Positions 19,758-30,625 of a stretch of 64,000 nucleotides of DNA are shown piece by piece. This DNA is from Oceanispirochaeta sp. GTDB taxonomy: Bacteria > Spirochaetota > Spirochaetia > DSM-2461. The stretch covers positions 544,001-608,000 of the forward strand of contig CAXXXD010000002.1 of assembly GCA_963663385.2 (NCBI GenBank), written 5' to 3'. Positions within the stretch are counted from its first letter, which is position 1, and each line of letters begins with the position of its first letter. The notes under the pieces are model-generated. The model was not told where the DNA came from. It ran no database searches and saw only the letters and a program-made list of their open reading frames with translations. The position numbers and the translations under genes are program-made.

Positions 19758-19774
19758 TGCAAATTATGTACCAA
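19758..19774 (-). promoter_or_regulatory. Sigma54-type (-24/-12) promoter of amtB-glnK
   Basis: Minus strand TTGGTACATAATTTGCA = GG-N10-GC, about 40 bp upstream of the amtB start. Confidence 0.75.
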
Positions 19775-20054
19775 ATCCTTTGTCAACTTATCGCTGATGG
19801 AGGAGCGAGAGGGGGTAAGTCTTTTTTTTAGCAGGATATACAGAATTCTATATTTTCTCTCTATCTTCAATTCGATGGAAGGGGCAGGCGGTAAAAATGA
19901 GGAATTATGTTACATTTAAGTTGGTTTTCTATATTTATCCTACAAAAGTGTATGAATCTGGACGTGGCTTAATCCATTGAGAGGATTTTTCTTTTAAAGG
20001 GTGCTGAACCGGTATATAGTATTGAAAATGCTCAATTAATACTGGAGTTGATTT

Positions 20055-21215
20055 ATGGAGAAGTTAAACAGTTTCGAATTTCTGAATACTCAGATCGGAT
20101 TTATTACAGAGTGTGTAGAACCGATCAACGGTGTTTTGTCATTTCGGGATGCCATGAGTTATTTTGAAGGAAATGACGAACTTGAAGCAATTCCTGTGGA
20201 AATTGAAAGCGGGTATGGGATACTGAGCCGGGACTATCTGGAACGGAATAAAGTCTCCGTTCTGAATATGAGTAAGGCGATTTCATCTTTTAACCTGATC
20301 AACAGCTCTTCCAGGAGTTTTAACAGCCGGGAAAATGTCCGGAAAATATTTATTGATATTGCCAAAACAGAGGCTGATGAACAGCGTTTCTATATTGTCT
20401 ACCATAACAATAATTTGTTTGGTGTAGTCAGTCTGCATAATATAATCAGACATATATCGGATCTTCAGGAGTGGGAGATCAACCATGCCCGTTCCATCCA
20501 GAAAAGTATCCTCAGGGAAAACCTGATACAGGGGAAGGGGTTCAAGGTTCAGTCAGATATCCGCTGGGCCCATGATCTGGGTGGTGATTATTATTACTCG
20601 GCAGCTATCACGGAGAATCTTTCTCTGGTTTCCTGTTTCGATGTGGAAAGCGATCATATGACCGCGTCTTTAGTGAGTGTGATGATTGATTCCTATTTTA
20701 AAACCCGTTCTCTTATGGAGAACTTTGAAAAGGAGGATGTGGAGAAGCTGATTCTTTCCCTTAACAGTTTTCTGCTGGGACAGCTTCCGGAAGACAGTTC
20801 TGTTTCTGCCATTTTTCTGTTTATCAGGCAGGATGAAAGAAAGGTCTATCTATACAATTTTGCCTATACAGCTCCTTTTTTAATCCTCTCGGAGGAAGGT
20901 AAGATACGGGCAAAAAGGATTGCTCCCCAGTATCATCCCCTGGGGAAGGAGGATATTGTCATTTTCAGGGAAGCTCCGCAAATCTACAGTATGGAGAATC
21001 TGCATCATATTTTTATTTATTCTGATGGGATGCGGGACTGTGTCAACGCTTTCGGCGAGCATTTTGGTATGGATCGTATTCAGGAGTGTCTTATTAAGAA
21101 TTTCAAACTGATGGGGGACGGTTTCCTGGACATCCTGGCTAAGGAGATAGATGAATTCCGCCATGACACACCTCTTGTTGATGATATCGCCAGTCTGATT
21201 GTCAACTTTGAATAA
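20055..21215 (+). CDS. SpoIIE/RsbU-type PP2C phosphatase with a CBS-like N-terminus
   Basis: ARSIQKSIL, LGGDYY, YSDG, FGEHFGMDRI, DDIA. Confidence 0.8.
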   Translation: MEKLNSFEFLNTQIGFITECVEPINGVLSFRDAMSYFEGNDELEAIPVEIESGYGILSRDYLERNKVSVLNMSKAISSFNLINSSSRSFNSRENVRKIFIDIAKTEADEQRFYIVYHNNNLFGVVSLHNIIRHISDLQEWEINHARSIQKSILRENLIQGKGFKVQSDIRWAHDLGGDYYYSAAITENLSLVSCFDVESDHMTASLVSVMIDSYFKTRSLMENFEKEDVEKLILSLNSFLLGQLPEDSSVSAIFLFIRQDERKVYLYNFAYTAPFLILSEEGKIRAKRIAPQYHPLGKEDIVIFREAPQIYSMENLHHIFIYSDGMRDCVNAFGEHFGMDRIQECLIKNFKLMGDGFLDILAKEIDEFRHDTPLVDDIASLIVNFE

Positions 21216-21393
21216 GGGGCTGTTTCTTTAGTGATCCCCTGAACTGCAATCCATAGAGACCTTCTCTCATCAATTCTCCGGGAATCCCAAAGCAGTCTTT
21301 GGGTCTTGTCATCTCACTATTGCCACATCTTTAATAACAATGTAAATGGATCGGGAGGAAATCCTTGTAAAATCATTCTATAATATGAACTAG

Positions 21394-23988
21394 ATGAGAT
21401 TAAACCATATTCTGCCCATTGTGATTCAGGCTGTTGCTTTACTGATTTCCGTTACGGCTCAGGATGATTATGGCAACAGGCATATTCTTTATCTCAACTC
21501 CTATGATAGCAGAATGAGCTGGGTCAAGGATATTGAACAGGCAATCGAAGAGGTTCTGGAGCCGGATTTCAGAAACTTGATCCTCTATATAGAAAATATG
21601 GATTCCAAAGTATTTCATACAGATGAATATTATGAAGCATATGGTCACTATTTTAGGACCAAGTACAGAGATCTGGATTTATCTCTTATTCTCTGTTCTG
21701 ATAATAATGCTTTTGATTTTGTTAAAAAATACGGGAGTGAGTTGTTTTCCGGAACACCTGTTGTATTCTGCGGAGTGAATGATTTTAATCAGACAATGAT
21801 ACAGGATCTGCCGAATTTTACAGGTGTGGCTGAGATCTTTTCGGTTGAGGATACCCTCGATTTCGCCCTGAAGATGCACCCCCGGACTGAAGAGATTTTT
21901 ATTATTAATGATTACCTTTCAACAGGGCGATCCTGGCAGCAGGATATAGAGAAACGCCTGAAGTATCTTGAGAGGCAGGTAGATATCAGGTATTCCGAAA
22001 ATATGAGCATGGAAGAACTGCTGAAGACCATTTCGTCTCTTCAGGAGAGAACGATTATCCTCTTGGGGGTGTATTTTTCCGATCGGGACGGCCGCTTTTC
22101 CACATATGAAAAAACCGGAAGAATGATATCAGAAGCAAGTAATGTCCCTCTCTACTGCCTGCTGGAATTCAATATAGGGTATGGCGCAATCGGAGGGAAG
22201 GTTATAAACGGGTACAGCCAGGGTTATGCCATGGCTCAGCTGGCAGATCGAGTCCTTGATGGAGAGTCTCCTTCAGCTATTCCTATCGTTCAGGAAGAAG
22301 CCAATCGTTTTATTTTTGATTATATCAGTCTGAAAAAATATGGTATCAGTCTGGAGAATCTGCCTCCTGATAGTCTTATCCTGAATCGTCCCTATTCCGT
22401 ATTTGATGAATACCGGAATGAAATTCTGACAGTCATTGCCTTGATAAGTATACTTATTGTCACTGTTATTTTTCTTATCTTTAATGTTTTAAGGAAGAAG
22501 CAGGCTGAACAATCCCTTAAGCAACTGGCTGAAGCCAGCTGGGAGGGAATTATTATCCATTGTAACGGGGTTGCCCTTCAGTTCAACGATATGTTTCTTA
22601 AAATTTTCGGTTATGAACGGCGGGAGATCGAAGGACAGCCTGTTCTGGAAAAAATATTTGCTTCTGAGTTTCTTGATGAGGTAAGTGAGAGGATAAAGAG
22701 TAATAATTCAGATCCCTATGAAGCAATTGGAGTGCGAAAAGGAGGAGAGACTTTTCCTATTGAAATCCGTCTTAGAATTATGGAATATCGGGGACAATCT
22801 GCCAGGGTTGCTGCCATCCGGGATCTGACGGATCAGAAAAAGATGGAAGAACGCTTTCGTCAATCACAGAAGATGCAGGCAATTGGTACTCTGGCGGGTG
22901 GAATTGCCCATGACTTTAACAACATTCTGAGTGCTGTTATAGGATATGCCGACCTGGGATTGCTGGCAGAAAAATCCGATTCCCGCTGCGGAGGGTACTT
23001 TGAACAGATTCTGAAAGCCGGGAAAAGGGCACGAGATCTGGTAAAACAGATTCTGACCTTCAGCCGTCAGTCCAATCAGGAGAAACAGTTCATCAATTTC
23101 GGTGTCATCATCAAGGAAACCATTGAGATGCTCAAAGCATCCATGCCCTCCACCATTCAGATACAAAAAGAGATTGACTCATCCCTTTGTGTCCTGGCCA
23201 ATCCCGTACAGCTTCAGCAGATTGTCATGAATCTCGGAACAAATGCAAAGCTGGCAATGGAGGAGCATGGGGGGATTCTGGAGGTAGAATTGAAAGAAGC
23301 TGTGTTAGACGGTAATCCTGTTTCGCCGGGAGTCGATCTTCCTCCGGGCCGGTATGCTCAGCTTATTGTCAGAGATAACGGCTGCGGAATGGATGATGAG
23401 ACTCTTCAGCGGGTTTTTGAACCTTTTTTTACCACCCGGGAGCAGGGGAAAGGCACAGGAATGGGACTCTCCGTTGTTCATGGTCTGGTTTCCGAGATGA
23501 AAGGGAATATTCATGTTTATAGTACGGTCGGTACCGGAACAACCTTCAATATCTTACTGCCGGCCTGTTCGGGAGAGCAAATCGGGATGGAAGAGGCAGG
23601 TTGTGGCAATGTGATGGGCGGATCGGAACGAATCCTTTTTGTGGATGATGAAATCTTTCAGGTCAATCTCGCCAGAGAACTGCTGGGAATCCTCGGTTAT
23701 AGCGTTACCGCAACAACCAGCAGCAGGGAAGCTTTGGAGATAATCCGGAAAAATCCTGAAGGATACGATCTGGTAATCAGTGACGTAACAATGCCTGAGA
23801 TGACCGGTGATATTCTGGTGGGAAAGATTCGGGGAATCCGGAAGGATTTACCCATTCTGATCAGTTCGGGATACAGTGAAAGGATTACGGCAAAAAAACT
23901 TGAAGAACTGGGTGTCCAGGAGTTTGTTATGAAACCGCTGCTGCTGAAGGAATTGGCAGAGAAAATCCGTTCTGCTCTCGGTGAATAG
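21394..23988 (+). CDS. Hybrid sensor histidine kinase (periplasmic SBP-like sensor, PAS, HisKA, HATPase, receiver)
   Basis: AGGIAHDFNNIL, VRDNGCGM, FEPFFTT, GTGMGLS, FVDDE...SDVTMPEMTG. Confidence 0.93.
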   Translation: MRLNHILPIVIQAVALLISVTAQDDYGNRHILYLNSYDSRMSWVKDIEQAIEEVLEPDFRNLILYIENMDSKVFHTDEYYEAYGHYFRTKYRDLDLSLILCSDNNAFDFVKKYGSELFSGTPVVFCGVNDFNQTMIQDLPNFTGVAEIFSVEDTLDFALKMHPRTEEIFIINDYLSTGRSWQQDIEKRLKYLERQVDIRYSENMSMEELLKTISSLQERTIILLGVYFSDRDGRFSTYEKTGRMISEASNVPLYCLLEFNIGYGAIGGKVINGYSQGYAMAQLADRVLDGESPSAIPIVQEEANRFIFDYISLKKYGISLENLPPDSLILNRPYSVFDEYRNEILTVIALISILIVTVIFLIFNVLRKKQAEQSLKQLAEASWEGIIIHCNGVALQFNDMFLKIFGYERREIEGQPVLEKIFASEFLDEVSERIKSNNSDPYEAIGVRKGGETFPIEIRLRIMEYRGQSARVAAIRDLTDQKKMEERFRQSQKMQAIGTLAGGIAHDFNNILSAVIGYADLGLLAEKSDSRCGGYFEQILKAGKRARDLVKQILTFSRQSNQEKQFINFGVIIKETIEMLKASMPSTIQIQKEIDSSLCVLANPVQLQQIVMNLGTNAKLAMEEHGGILEVELKEAVLDGNPVSPGVDLPPGRYAQLIVRDNGCGMDDETLQRVFEPFFTTREQGKGTGMGLSVVHGLVSEMKGNIHVYSTVGTGTTFNILLPACSGEQIGMEEAGCGNVMGGSERILFVDDEIFQVNLARELLGILGYSVTATTSSREALEIIRKNPEGYDLVISDVTMPEMTGDILVGKIRGIRKDLPILISSGYSERITAKKLEELGVQEFVMKPLLLKELAEKIRSALGE

Positions 23989-24100
23989 AATAAAGAGGAT
24001 TTTTCTGCTATATTTGTACACGTGTACTTGATGTGACTTGCGAAATCCTGTATGATTAAATCCAGCATATAAGATAGAGTAATAAATCAAGGAGAATCCC

Positions 24101-25114
24101 GTGGGTAAAATACTGATCACCGGTGGAGCCGGTTATATCGCATCGCATACCAATCTGGAGCTTATTAAAGGCGGCTATGATATTGTTCTGGCTGATAATC
24201 TGTGCAACTCTTCCCTGGAAGCTGTACGAAGGGTGGAAGAGCTTTCCGGTAGGAAGCTTCCTTTTTATGAGGTGGATCTGAAGGATATCGATGCCCTTCG
24301 CAAGGTATTCGAAGCAGAACCGGATATTAGTGGTGTTATCCATTTTGCCGCTCTTAAGGCGGTAGGCGAATCCGTTGAAAAACCTCTTCTGTATTATGAA
24401 AACAATATTACAGGGTCTTTGAACCTGTATAAGGTAATGGATGAGAAAGGTGTGAAACAGCTGGTTTTCTCATCATCCGCTACAGTTTACGGTGATCCTG
24501 CCTCCGTCCCCGTTCAGGAGGACTTTCCGACCCATGCTACCAACCCCTACGGGCAGACCAAACTGATGATGGAACAGATTCTGATTGATGCGGCCAAAGC
24601 CAAGGACTGGGATATCACCATCCTGCGTTATTTCAACCCCGTTGGCGCTCATGAATCCGGAAGAATCGGGGAAGACCCCGAGTATCCCAACAACCTCCTC
24701 CCCTTTGTTTCCCAGGTAGCGGCAGGCATCCGCGAAAAGGTTATGATTTTCGGAAACGACTGGCCCACACCCGACGGTACGGGGGTCCGGGACTATATTC
24801 ACGTTGTCGATCTTGCCAGAGCCCATGTCAAAGCCCTGGACAATCTGAAAGTGAAAAAGGGCGTTTCCATCTACAATATCGGAACCGGCAAGGGATACTC
24901 CGTTCTGGAAATGATCAAGGCTTTTGAAGAGGTTTGCGGTCATGAAATACCCTGGGCTTTCGGTCCCAGACGGGCCGGGGATATTGCTACCGTTTACGGC
25001 GATCCTTCTCTGGCGGCCAAAGAGCTGGGATGGAAGGCCGAGTCGGGTCTGAAGGAGATGGTGGAATCCGCCTGGAAGTGGCAGAGTGAGAATCCTAAAG
25101 GGTATAAAGCCTAA
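24101..25114 (+). CDS. galE: UDP-glucose 4-epimerase
   Basis: TGGAGYIASH, HFAALKAVGES, YGQTK, LRYFNPVGAH, DGTGVRDYIHV. Confidence 0.96.
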   Translation: MGKILITGGAGYIASHTNLELIKGGYDIVLADNLCNSSLEAVRRVEELSGRKLPFYEVDLKDIDALRKVFEAEPDISGVIHFAALKAVGESVEKPLLYYENNITGSLNLYKVMDEKGVKQLVFSSSATVYGDPASVPVQEDFPTHATNPYGQTKLMMEQILIDAAKAKDWDITILRYFNPVGAHESGRIGEDPEYPNNLLPFVSQVAAGIREKVMIFGNDWPTPDGTGVRDYIHVVDLARAHVKALDNLKVKKGVSIYNIGTGKGYSVLEMIKAFEEVCGHEIPWAFGPRRAGDIATVYGDPSLAAKELGWKAESGLKEMVESAWKWQSENPKGYKA

Positions 25115-25139
25115 CGGGTCATTTTACTCAGGGTAAATA

Positions 25140-25168
25140 AAAGGCTGCCATACTTACAGGCAGCCTTT
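25140..25168. terminator. Hairpin terminator between convergent genes
   Basis: AAAGGCTGCC...GGCAGCCTTT. Confidence 0.7.
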
Positions 25169-25186
25169 ACCATTTATAATAGATCT

Positions 25187-27466
25187 TTAACTTTTCAGAA
25201 CCCTGATTCCCATCAGAGGAGACGGGTCGCCCCAGCTGGATAGCAGTTCCAGTGTCAATGAAGAGAACATTGTCCCCTCTTCAAGCTGAATGACTTTCCT
25301 TGTCTGATAATTATTTTCCTCTTCAGCCAGAATCCGCCCGCTCTGGTCACTGAGACGGAAGTGTCTGACACAGGACGGCACTTCATTTATCTGATGTCCC
25401 ATCTGTACTGTTTCCATGGCATGATCCTGATCTGTATCAAAAATCAGAATGATTTTACCGGCTGTCCGGGGCTTTTCCCAGGCGATCTTTATGCCTGGCC
25501 GCTGATCATTTGAATCCGGCAGCCAGGCATTGGCTGCTCTGTATGGTCTATCCCGGCCGTTTCTGACTGATTCCGCTGCATAGGGGGATAGAGGCGGATT
25601 GAACCGTATGGCCGGCAAAGCCCCTTCCGGCCTTCTTTTGGGAAGCCAGAATTCGAAAGAGTCCAGTCCCGAACCTGCCGGGGCTGTCTGAATGGTGTCC
25701 TTTGCTACACGGGGGTTCATTTCATGGTATAGACTCATGAAGCCCGGAAGCCTTTTTTCCGCCATTTGTATTTCAAACGGTTTTTCCGGAACCAGGCATA
25801 GAAAGGCATAATTCTCTTCCGGCATCTCCGTATCAAAATCCATGTGGTATTCTGCGGTCCCGGCAGCTACAGGCAGGCAGTACTCTTCCATCAGTACTTC
25901 CGGTGTATAGTTCCCCGCTTTTTCAGAAGATCTCAGCTGTACTTTCAGTTTGCTGTCCTGATCCGATCTGCACCTCATAGTCATCCGGGGGCACTTCCCT
26001 TTCTTTACGGGAAGGAGGAGAGAATAGGGCGTTTGAATTTTAAGCCATTTTTCACAACCGGGAATCTCTGCTACCGTTTCTGTTGATGAGGCGCTTATAA
26101 CGGCATCTTTCATCAGGTCTTCCGGGTCTTCCGCTTCATGAAAAGGAATATATTGACCGGTTTGTTTCAAATGATTCTGAAACGCCTTCATTCTGGCCGG
26201 TTCCAGCAGATCCTTCGGTTGAATGTTCTGTTTCAGACAGTGTACGGCACCGATAGCAATGGCCTGGGCGCCATGGGCTCCCGTCATCATGACCCTTGTT
26301 GATCCCATAGCTACGTGGCTGCTGCTGATCAGCCTTCCGGCAATAAAAAGATTGGAGATGCTTCTGCTGTAATAACAGCGCCAGGGTATCTGGTAGATTC
26401 CCTTACTGTGGTACTGATTGCAGGGAGGTCTTTCGGAGTAGACCCCGTCAGCCGGATGCAGATCGATTGCCCATCCACCGAAGGAAACCGCATCTTCGAA
26501 TACGGTCTGATTTACGATATCCGATTGAGAAAGCAGATAATCCCCTTCAAATCGCCTGCTTTCTCTCTTCCCGGGGATCATTCCAACCCATTCCAGTGTA
26601 AGATTATCTGCCTCCGGGAATTTCCCCGAGTTCTTTATATAATCCCATATACCGTATGATATTTTGAGAAGCTCCAGCTTTATCTTCTGAGTGTCATGCA
26701 CCGTATCCAGACGGCCGCCGTATTCCAGCCACCAGAAGGCGCATCCTGTGTCGGAGGCCTTTATCTGATGGAACCGGGGTATCTGCTCGATATCTTTCAA
26801 GGCAAAATCCGGTGCCTTGTAACGGACAGGTTTTCCTGTATCTCTGCTGTAGAAATAGATAGTATGACCCAGCAGTTCCCCATAGGATTCATCCGGTGCA
26901 AGGGGTTCATCCAGCTCTTCTTTCTGTTCCGCTCCAATCCGGTAGGGTGCCCCGGACAGGTAGCCCAGAATCCCGTCTCCCGAAGCATCGCAGAACAGGG
27001 GCGCCGATACCTCGTAGAGAGTTGAATTCTGGCTGCAGAAGGCTGTTGCAGACCGGATTGTTTTATCCGTATTCTGTTCGCACTTAAATACCGATGTATC
27101 CAGAAGCAGCGTGATATTCGGTTCAGACAGCACTTTATCCAGCAGAAGAGCATCAACAAGTACCGGGTTGCCTTCTCTGTTCCGGTGCAGGTTTTCCACG
27201 ACAATTTCGTCTATGACTCCCCCCTCCCGGGACCAGCGGTTGTTATTTCCCATATGGGATGTTGCCCCCAGAGCCCAGAGGCGTACTTCGCTGGATGCGT
27301 TACCGCCCAGAACCGGTCTGTCCTGAATCAATGTCACTTTCAGATCTTCCCGGGCCGCTGTGATGGCACAGCAGACTCCGGCCAGACCTCCTCCCGTAAT
27401 AACAAGGTCCGAACATATCTTTTCTGTTTTCAGTTCTCTTGAACTATTCCCCTCGTATTGCCTCAT
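25187..27466 (-). CDS. Long FAD-dependent oxidoreductase (FAD_oxidored/PF12831-like) with a C-terminal extension
   Basis: GGGLAG, RPVLGGNASSE, DASGDG, KRESRRFEGDY, AIDLHP, YQIPWRC, STRVM. Confidence 0.88.
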   Translation of the reverse strand: MRQYEGNSSRELKTEKICSDLVITGGGLAGVCCAITAAREDLKVTLIQDRPVLGGNASSEVRLWALGATSHMGNNNRWSREGGVIDEIVVENLHRNREGNPVLVDALLLDKVLSEPNITLLLDTSVFKCEQNTDKTIRSATAFCSQNSTLYEVSAPLFCDASGDGILGYLSGAPYRIGAEQKEELDEPLAPDESYGELLGHTIYFYSRDTGKPVRYKAPDFALKDIEQIPRFHQIKASDTGCAFWWLEYGGRLDTVHDTQKIKLELLKISYGIWDYIKNSGKFPEADNLTLEWVGMIPGKRESRRFEGDYLLSQSDIVNQTVFEDAVSFGGWAIDLHPADGVYSERPPCNQYHSKGIYQIPWRCYYSRSISNLFIAGRLISSSHVAMGSTRVMMTGAHGAQAIAIGAVHCLKQNIQPKDLLEPARMKAFQNHLKQTGQYIPFHEAEDPEDLMKDAVISASSTETVAEIPGCEKWLKIQTPYSLLLPVKKGKCPRMTMRCRSDQDSKLKVQLRSSEKAGNYTPEVLMEEYCLPVAAGTAEYHMDFDTEMPEENYAFLCLVPEKPFEIQMAEKRLPGFMSLYHEMNPRVAKDTIQTAPAGSGLDSFEFWLPKRRPEGALPAIRFNPPLSPYAAESVRNGRDRPYRAANAWLPDSNDQRPGIKIAWEKPRTAGKIILIFDTDQDHAMETVQMGHQINEVPSCVRHFRLSDQSGRILAEEENNYQTRKVIQLEEGTMFSSLTLELLSSWGDPSPLMGIRVLKS

Positions 27467-27467
27467 A

Positions 27468-28781
27468 CTACACATCCACGCCCTGTTTTTTCAGTATCTT
27501 CTGTACATCTTCAGCCTGCAGTTCCCTGGGCTGGATATTCTTTTCCAGACAGACGGCAGCCGCCGCTGCCACACCCTGGCCCATATTCACGCAGATTGGC
27601 ATTACCCTGTAACTGGAATGGGCCTTGTGTGTTCCCGATATGTTCCGGCCGGCCAGAAAAAGCCCGTCTATTTTTTCCGGAATGAAACAGCCCAGGGGGA
27701 TGGTGTACTTATCCTTCTGGGTAAAGGCATTCTGTGCCCCGGCAGGATCGAGTCCGGGCCCGCTGATTCCATGAATGTCAAAGCCGAAATACGCTTTAGT
27801 AACAATCCAGTCATCAAAAACGCGGGCATTCTCAATATCCTGCTCTGTCAGTTTTTTAAGACCCCTGAAGTGGCGGGTTTCCCGTACGCCCAGTACTGAT
27901 GAAGTAGCTATGACATAGCAGTTTTCATAACCGGGAACATACTCTCTCAGAAATTTGACAATCCGGGGAATCTGGGTACGGCACTCAATTTCCGCATGGG
28001 TCAGGTCTTTCTCAATCAGACCATTCACCCCCAGGCTGTTTGTCATATTGACAGTAACCACTCCGGGAACAGATCCCGGATAGAGGAGGACATGACCGAT
28101 GGGCGGGGGTAAATGCTGCCGGCCCAGCTCCTGAAGGTTCCCGGCAGGTACAGGGAAGTCATCTTCAAATTCTCCCGGGTAGACCGCTTTAGCGTCGTCA
28201 ACACCTGCTACTTTGAACATTACGGTTACAGGCTGCATTCTGCCGTCCTCCTCCCGGCCGATGGAAAACTCCGCTCCCGCATTTGCGGCAATATCCCCGT
28301 CTCCTGTGGCGTCAATCACGATCTCTGCCATAGCAGCGGATCGTCCGGTTTTCTTTTGAAGAACAGCCCCTGTTATCCTGTTTCCGTCCATAATGGCGTC
28401 GGTTGCAAAGGAGTAGAGCCTTAAAGTGACTCCAGCTTCTTCCAGCATCTGCAGCATTACCAGTTTGGTATTTTCCGGATCAATAATCTGCTCGGCCTTC
28501 AGGACCTTGTCGCCAAAGTAATTCACATCACTTTCTGCTGTTTTTGCCCGGTTTAACAGCTCTTCATATAATGGTCCTTCGGTGGCTCCTGTCCAGTGAC
28601 TCATCAGTCCGGATGTCGCCACACCGCCGATTGTGCCGGTTCTTTCTATCAGAAGGGTCTTCAGCCCCAATCGTCCCGCACTCACTGCTGCGGCAAATCC
28701 GGCCGGTCCTCCTCCGAGAACCAGTACATCCGTATTGTATTCAACCGGAATATCTCTGGCCGGTTCTGTTATATATTTCAT
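27468..28781 (-). CDS. FAD-dependent oxidoreductase (PF12831-like)
   Basis: GGGPAG, IDATGDGD, GVRETRH, FDIHG, AGRNIS, SYRVMPICVNMGQG. Confidence 0.9.
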   Translation of the reverse strand: MKYITEPARDIPVEYNTDVLVLGGGPAGFAAAVSAGRLGLKTLLIERTGTIGGVATSGLMSHWTGATEGPLYEELLNRAKTAESDVNYFGDKVLKAEQIIDPENTKLVMLQMLEEAGVTLRLYSFATDAIMDGNRITGAVLQKKTGRSAAMAEIVIDATGDGDIAANAGAEFSIGREEDGRMQPVTVMFKVAGVDDAKAVYPGEFEDDFPVPAGNLQELGRQHLPPPIGHVLLYPGSVPGVVTVNMTNSLGVNGLIEKDLTHAEIECRTQIPRIVKFLREYVPGYENCYVIATSSVLGVRETRHFRGLKKLTEQDIENARVFDDWIVTKAYFGFDIHGISGPGLDPAGAQNAFTQKDKYTIPLGCFIPEKIDGLFLAGRNISGTHKAHSSYRVMPICVNMGQGVAAAAAVCLEKNIQPRELQAEDVQKILKKQGVDV

Positions 28782-28791
28782 ATGGTAATTC

Positions 28792-29622
28792 CTAATTTTT
28801 AATTCCAGAGGATGAAATCCCCTCCACAAACCATTTCTGTGCAATCACAAAAATCAGCAGTATGGGGAGAACTGTGAGAATGACAAAGGACATGACAAGG
28901 TGTGTGTTGATTTCTTCCGCCGCCATGCCAATGACCGTATAGAGCCCCATGGTTATGGTGTAGAGTTTTTCATTCTGCAGATAGATCAGAGGTTCAATAA
29001 ACTCATTCCAGCGCCACTGGGTTGTGAAAATGACAATTGTTGCCAGCGCCGGTCCGGAGAGGGGCATGATTATCTGTCTGTAAATTCGGAACTCGCTGCA
29101 CCCGTCAATCCTGGCTGCCTCACTCAGGCTCATGGGGATGCCTCTCAGAAACTGCCGCATCAGGAAGATACAGAAGGGGGAGCCGAACGCTGAAGGCAGG
29201 ATCAGCGGCATCAGAGAGCCTATCATACCCAGGTTTTTAAAAATCAGAAAACGGGGGATAATAATCAGAAACAGAGGCATGAACATGCAGGCCAGGGTCA
29301 GGTTGAAAATCAGTTCCCTTCCCTTGAACTCCATCCGGGACAGGGCGTATCCGGTGAGGGTGCTGACAAAGACATTTCCCAGTATGGAGAAAAAAACAAC
29401 TTTCAGGGTGTTTGCAAGGTAGGTCCCGATTGAATACCGGGTCAGGACTGTTCCGAAATTCTCAAAGTGGAGAGGAAAGGGAAACAGAGTCCTGGGCATG
29501 GTAATAATCTGGTTCTGATCTTTCAGGGCTGTGGATATCAGGTAGATAAAGGGCGAGAAGAATACAAGACTGACCAGTATCATAACGGTATATTTTATTG
29601 TCTTATCCAGGTTTACTTTCAT
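28792..29622 (-). CDS. Carbohydrate ABC transporter permease (MalG-like)
   Basis: EAARIDGCS EAA loop; WNEFIEPL. Confidence 0.92.
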   Translation of the reverse strand: MKVNLDKTIKYTVMILVSLVFFSPFIYLISTALKDQNQIITMPRTLFPFPLHFENFGTVLTRYSIGTYLANTLKVVFFSILGNVFVSTLTGYALSRMEFKGRELIFNLTLACMFMPLFLIIIPRFLIFKNLGMIGSLMPLILPSAFGSPFCIFLMRQFLRGIPMSLSEAARIDGCSEFRIYRQIIMPLSGPALATIVIFTTQWRWNEFIEPLIYLQNEKLYTITMGLYTVIGMAAEEINTHLVMSFVILTVLPILLIFVIAQKWFVEGISSSGIKN

Positions 29623-29626
29623 TTTT

Positions 29627-30532
29627 CTATACCTCGTAATGCACATGTCTGCTGCTTAAACGCATTAGACTGAATGTTATGATCACACTGAGCAGAATCA
29701 GTATGGTCGCCAGGGCGGATGCTTCGCCCAGACTGAATCTCTGGAACGCTTTTTCGTAGATATGCAGGGCATAGAAACGGGAGGATGTACCGGGGCCGCC
29801 CTGAACATTTCCCTCCGGGAGGATCAGGCCGGGTACGAATATCATCAGTCCGAAGATCATATCAATTACCATTCTGAAAAGGATGGTGGGGGATATCATG
29901 GGCAGGGTTATCCTGAAGAACTGTCCCGTTCGTTTGAGTCCGTCAATTTCCGCGGCTTCATACAGATGACCCGGGACTCCCTGAAGGGCTCCCAGGTAAA
30001 CAACCATGGCGGTCCCGCACTGCCAGATCATAAGCATGACAGAGGCCGGTTTAATAAGGTAGGGACTGGCAATCCATAAAGGGCCTTTAAGACCGAACAG
30101 TTCTATGAAAGTGTTGATCAGTCCGTTGGGATAGAACATAAACTTTCCCAGGACCAGAACGGCTACAACCGGAAGTACCGCCGGCACATATATGATGGAA
30201 CGCCAAAGGCCCTTGTGTTCAATATCCATGTTTAACAGATAGGCGGTAAACAGCCCCAGAACCAGATTGGCCGGGACATACATCAGGATGAACAGGAAGG
30301 TGTTTTTCAGACCTGTCCAGAAGAGTTGATCCTGAAATATCTTTATATAGTTTGCTATCCCGATAAAATGTCCCCCTCCTATCAGGCGGTATTTCATAAA
30401 GCTGAGGACGATGGTGTATAAAATAGGGCCGTACCAGAACACTGTCAGGGAAATAAGCCATGGCAGAAGAAACAGTATGGTACTGCGGATTTTCCCTTTG
30501 TTCAGATTCGATACGGGTTTCGAAGATTTCAT
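29627..30532 (-). CDS. Carbohydrate ABC transporter permease (MalF-like)
   Basis: LYEAAEIDG...FFRITLPMISP. Confidence 0.92.
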   Translation of the reverse strand: MKSSKPVSNLNKGKIRSTILFLLPWLISLTVFWYGPILYTIVLSFMKYRLIGGGHFIGIANYIKIFQDQLFWTGLKNTFLFILMYVPANLVLGLFTAYLLNMDIEHKGLWRSIIYVPAVLPVVAVLVLGKFMFYPNGLINTFIELFGLKGPLWIASPYLIKPASVMLMIWQCGTAMVVYLGALQGVPGHLYEAAEIDGLKRTGQFFRITLPMISPTILFRMVIDMIFGLMIFVPGLILPEGNVQGGPGTSSRFYALHIYEKAFQRFSLGEASALATILILLSVIITFSLMRLSSRHVHYEV

Positions 30533-30625
30533 TTAAAATCCTTATAATTCATTTTGTTCAGAAGAAAATATCAGGAGGTATATCCGCTATCTGTCCGGAT
30601 GCCGGGCAGACAGCAGATTGTTCAA

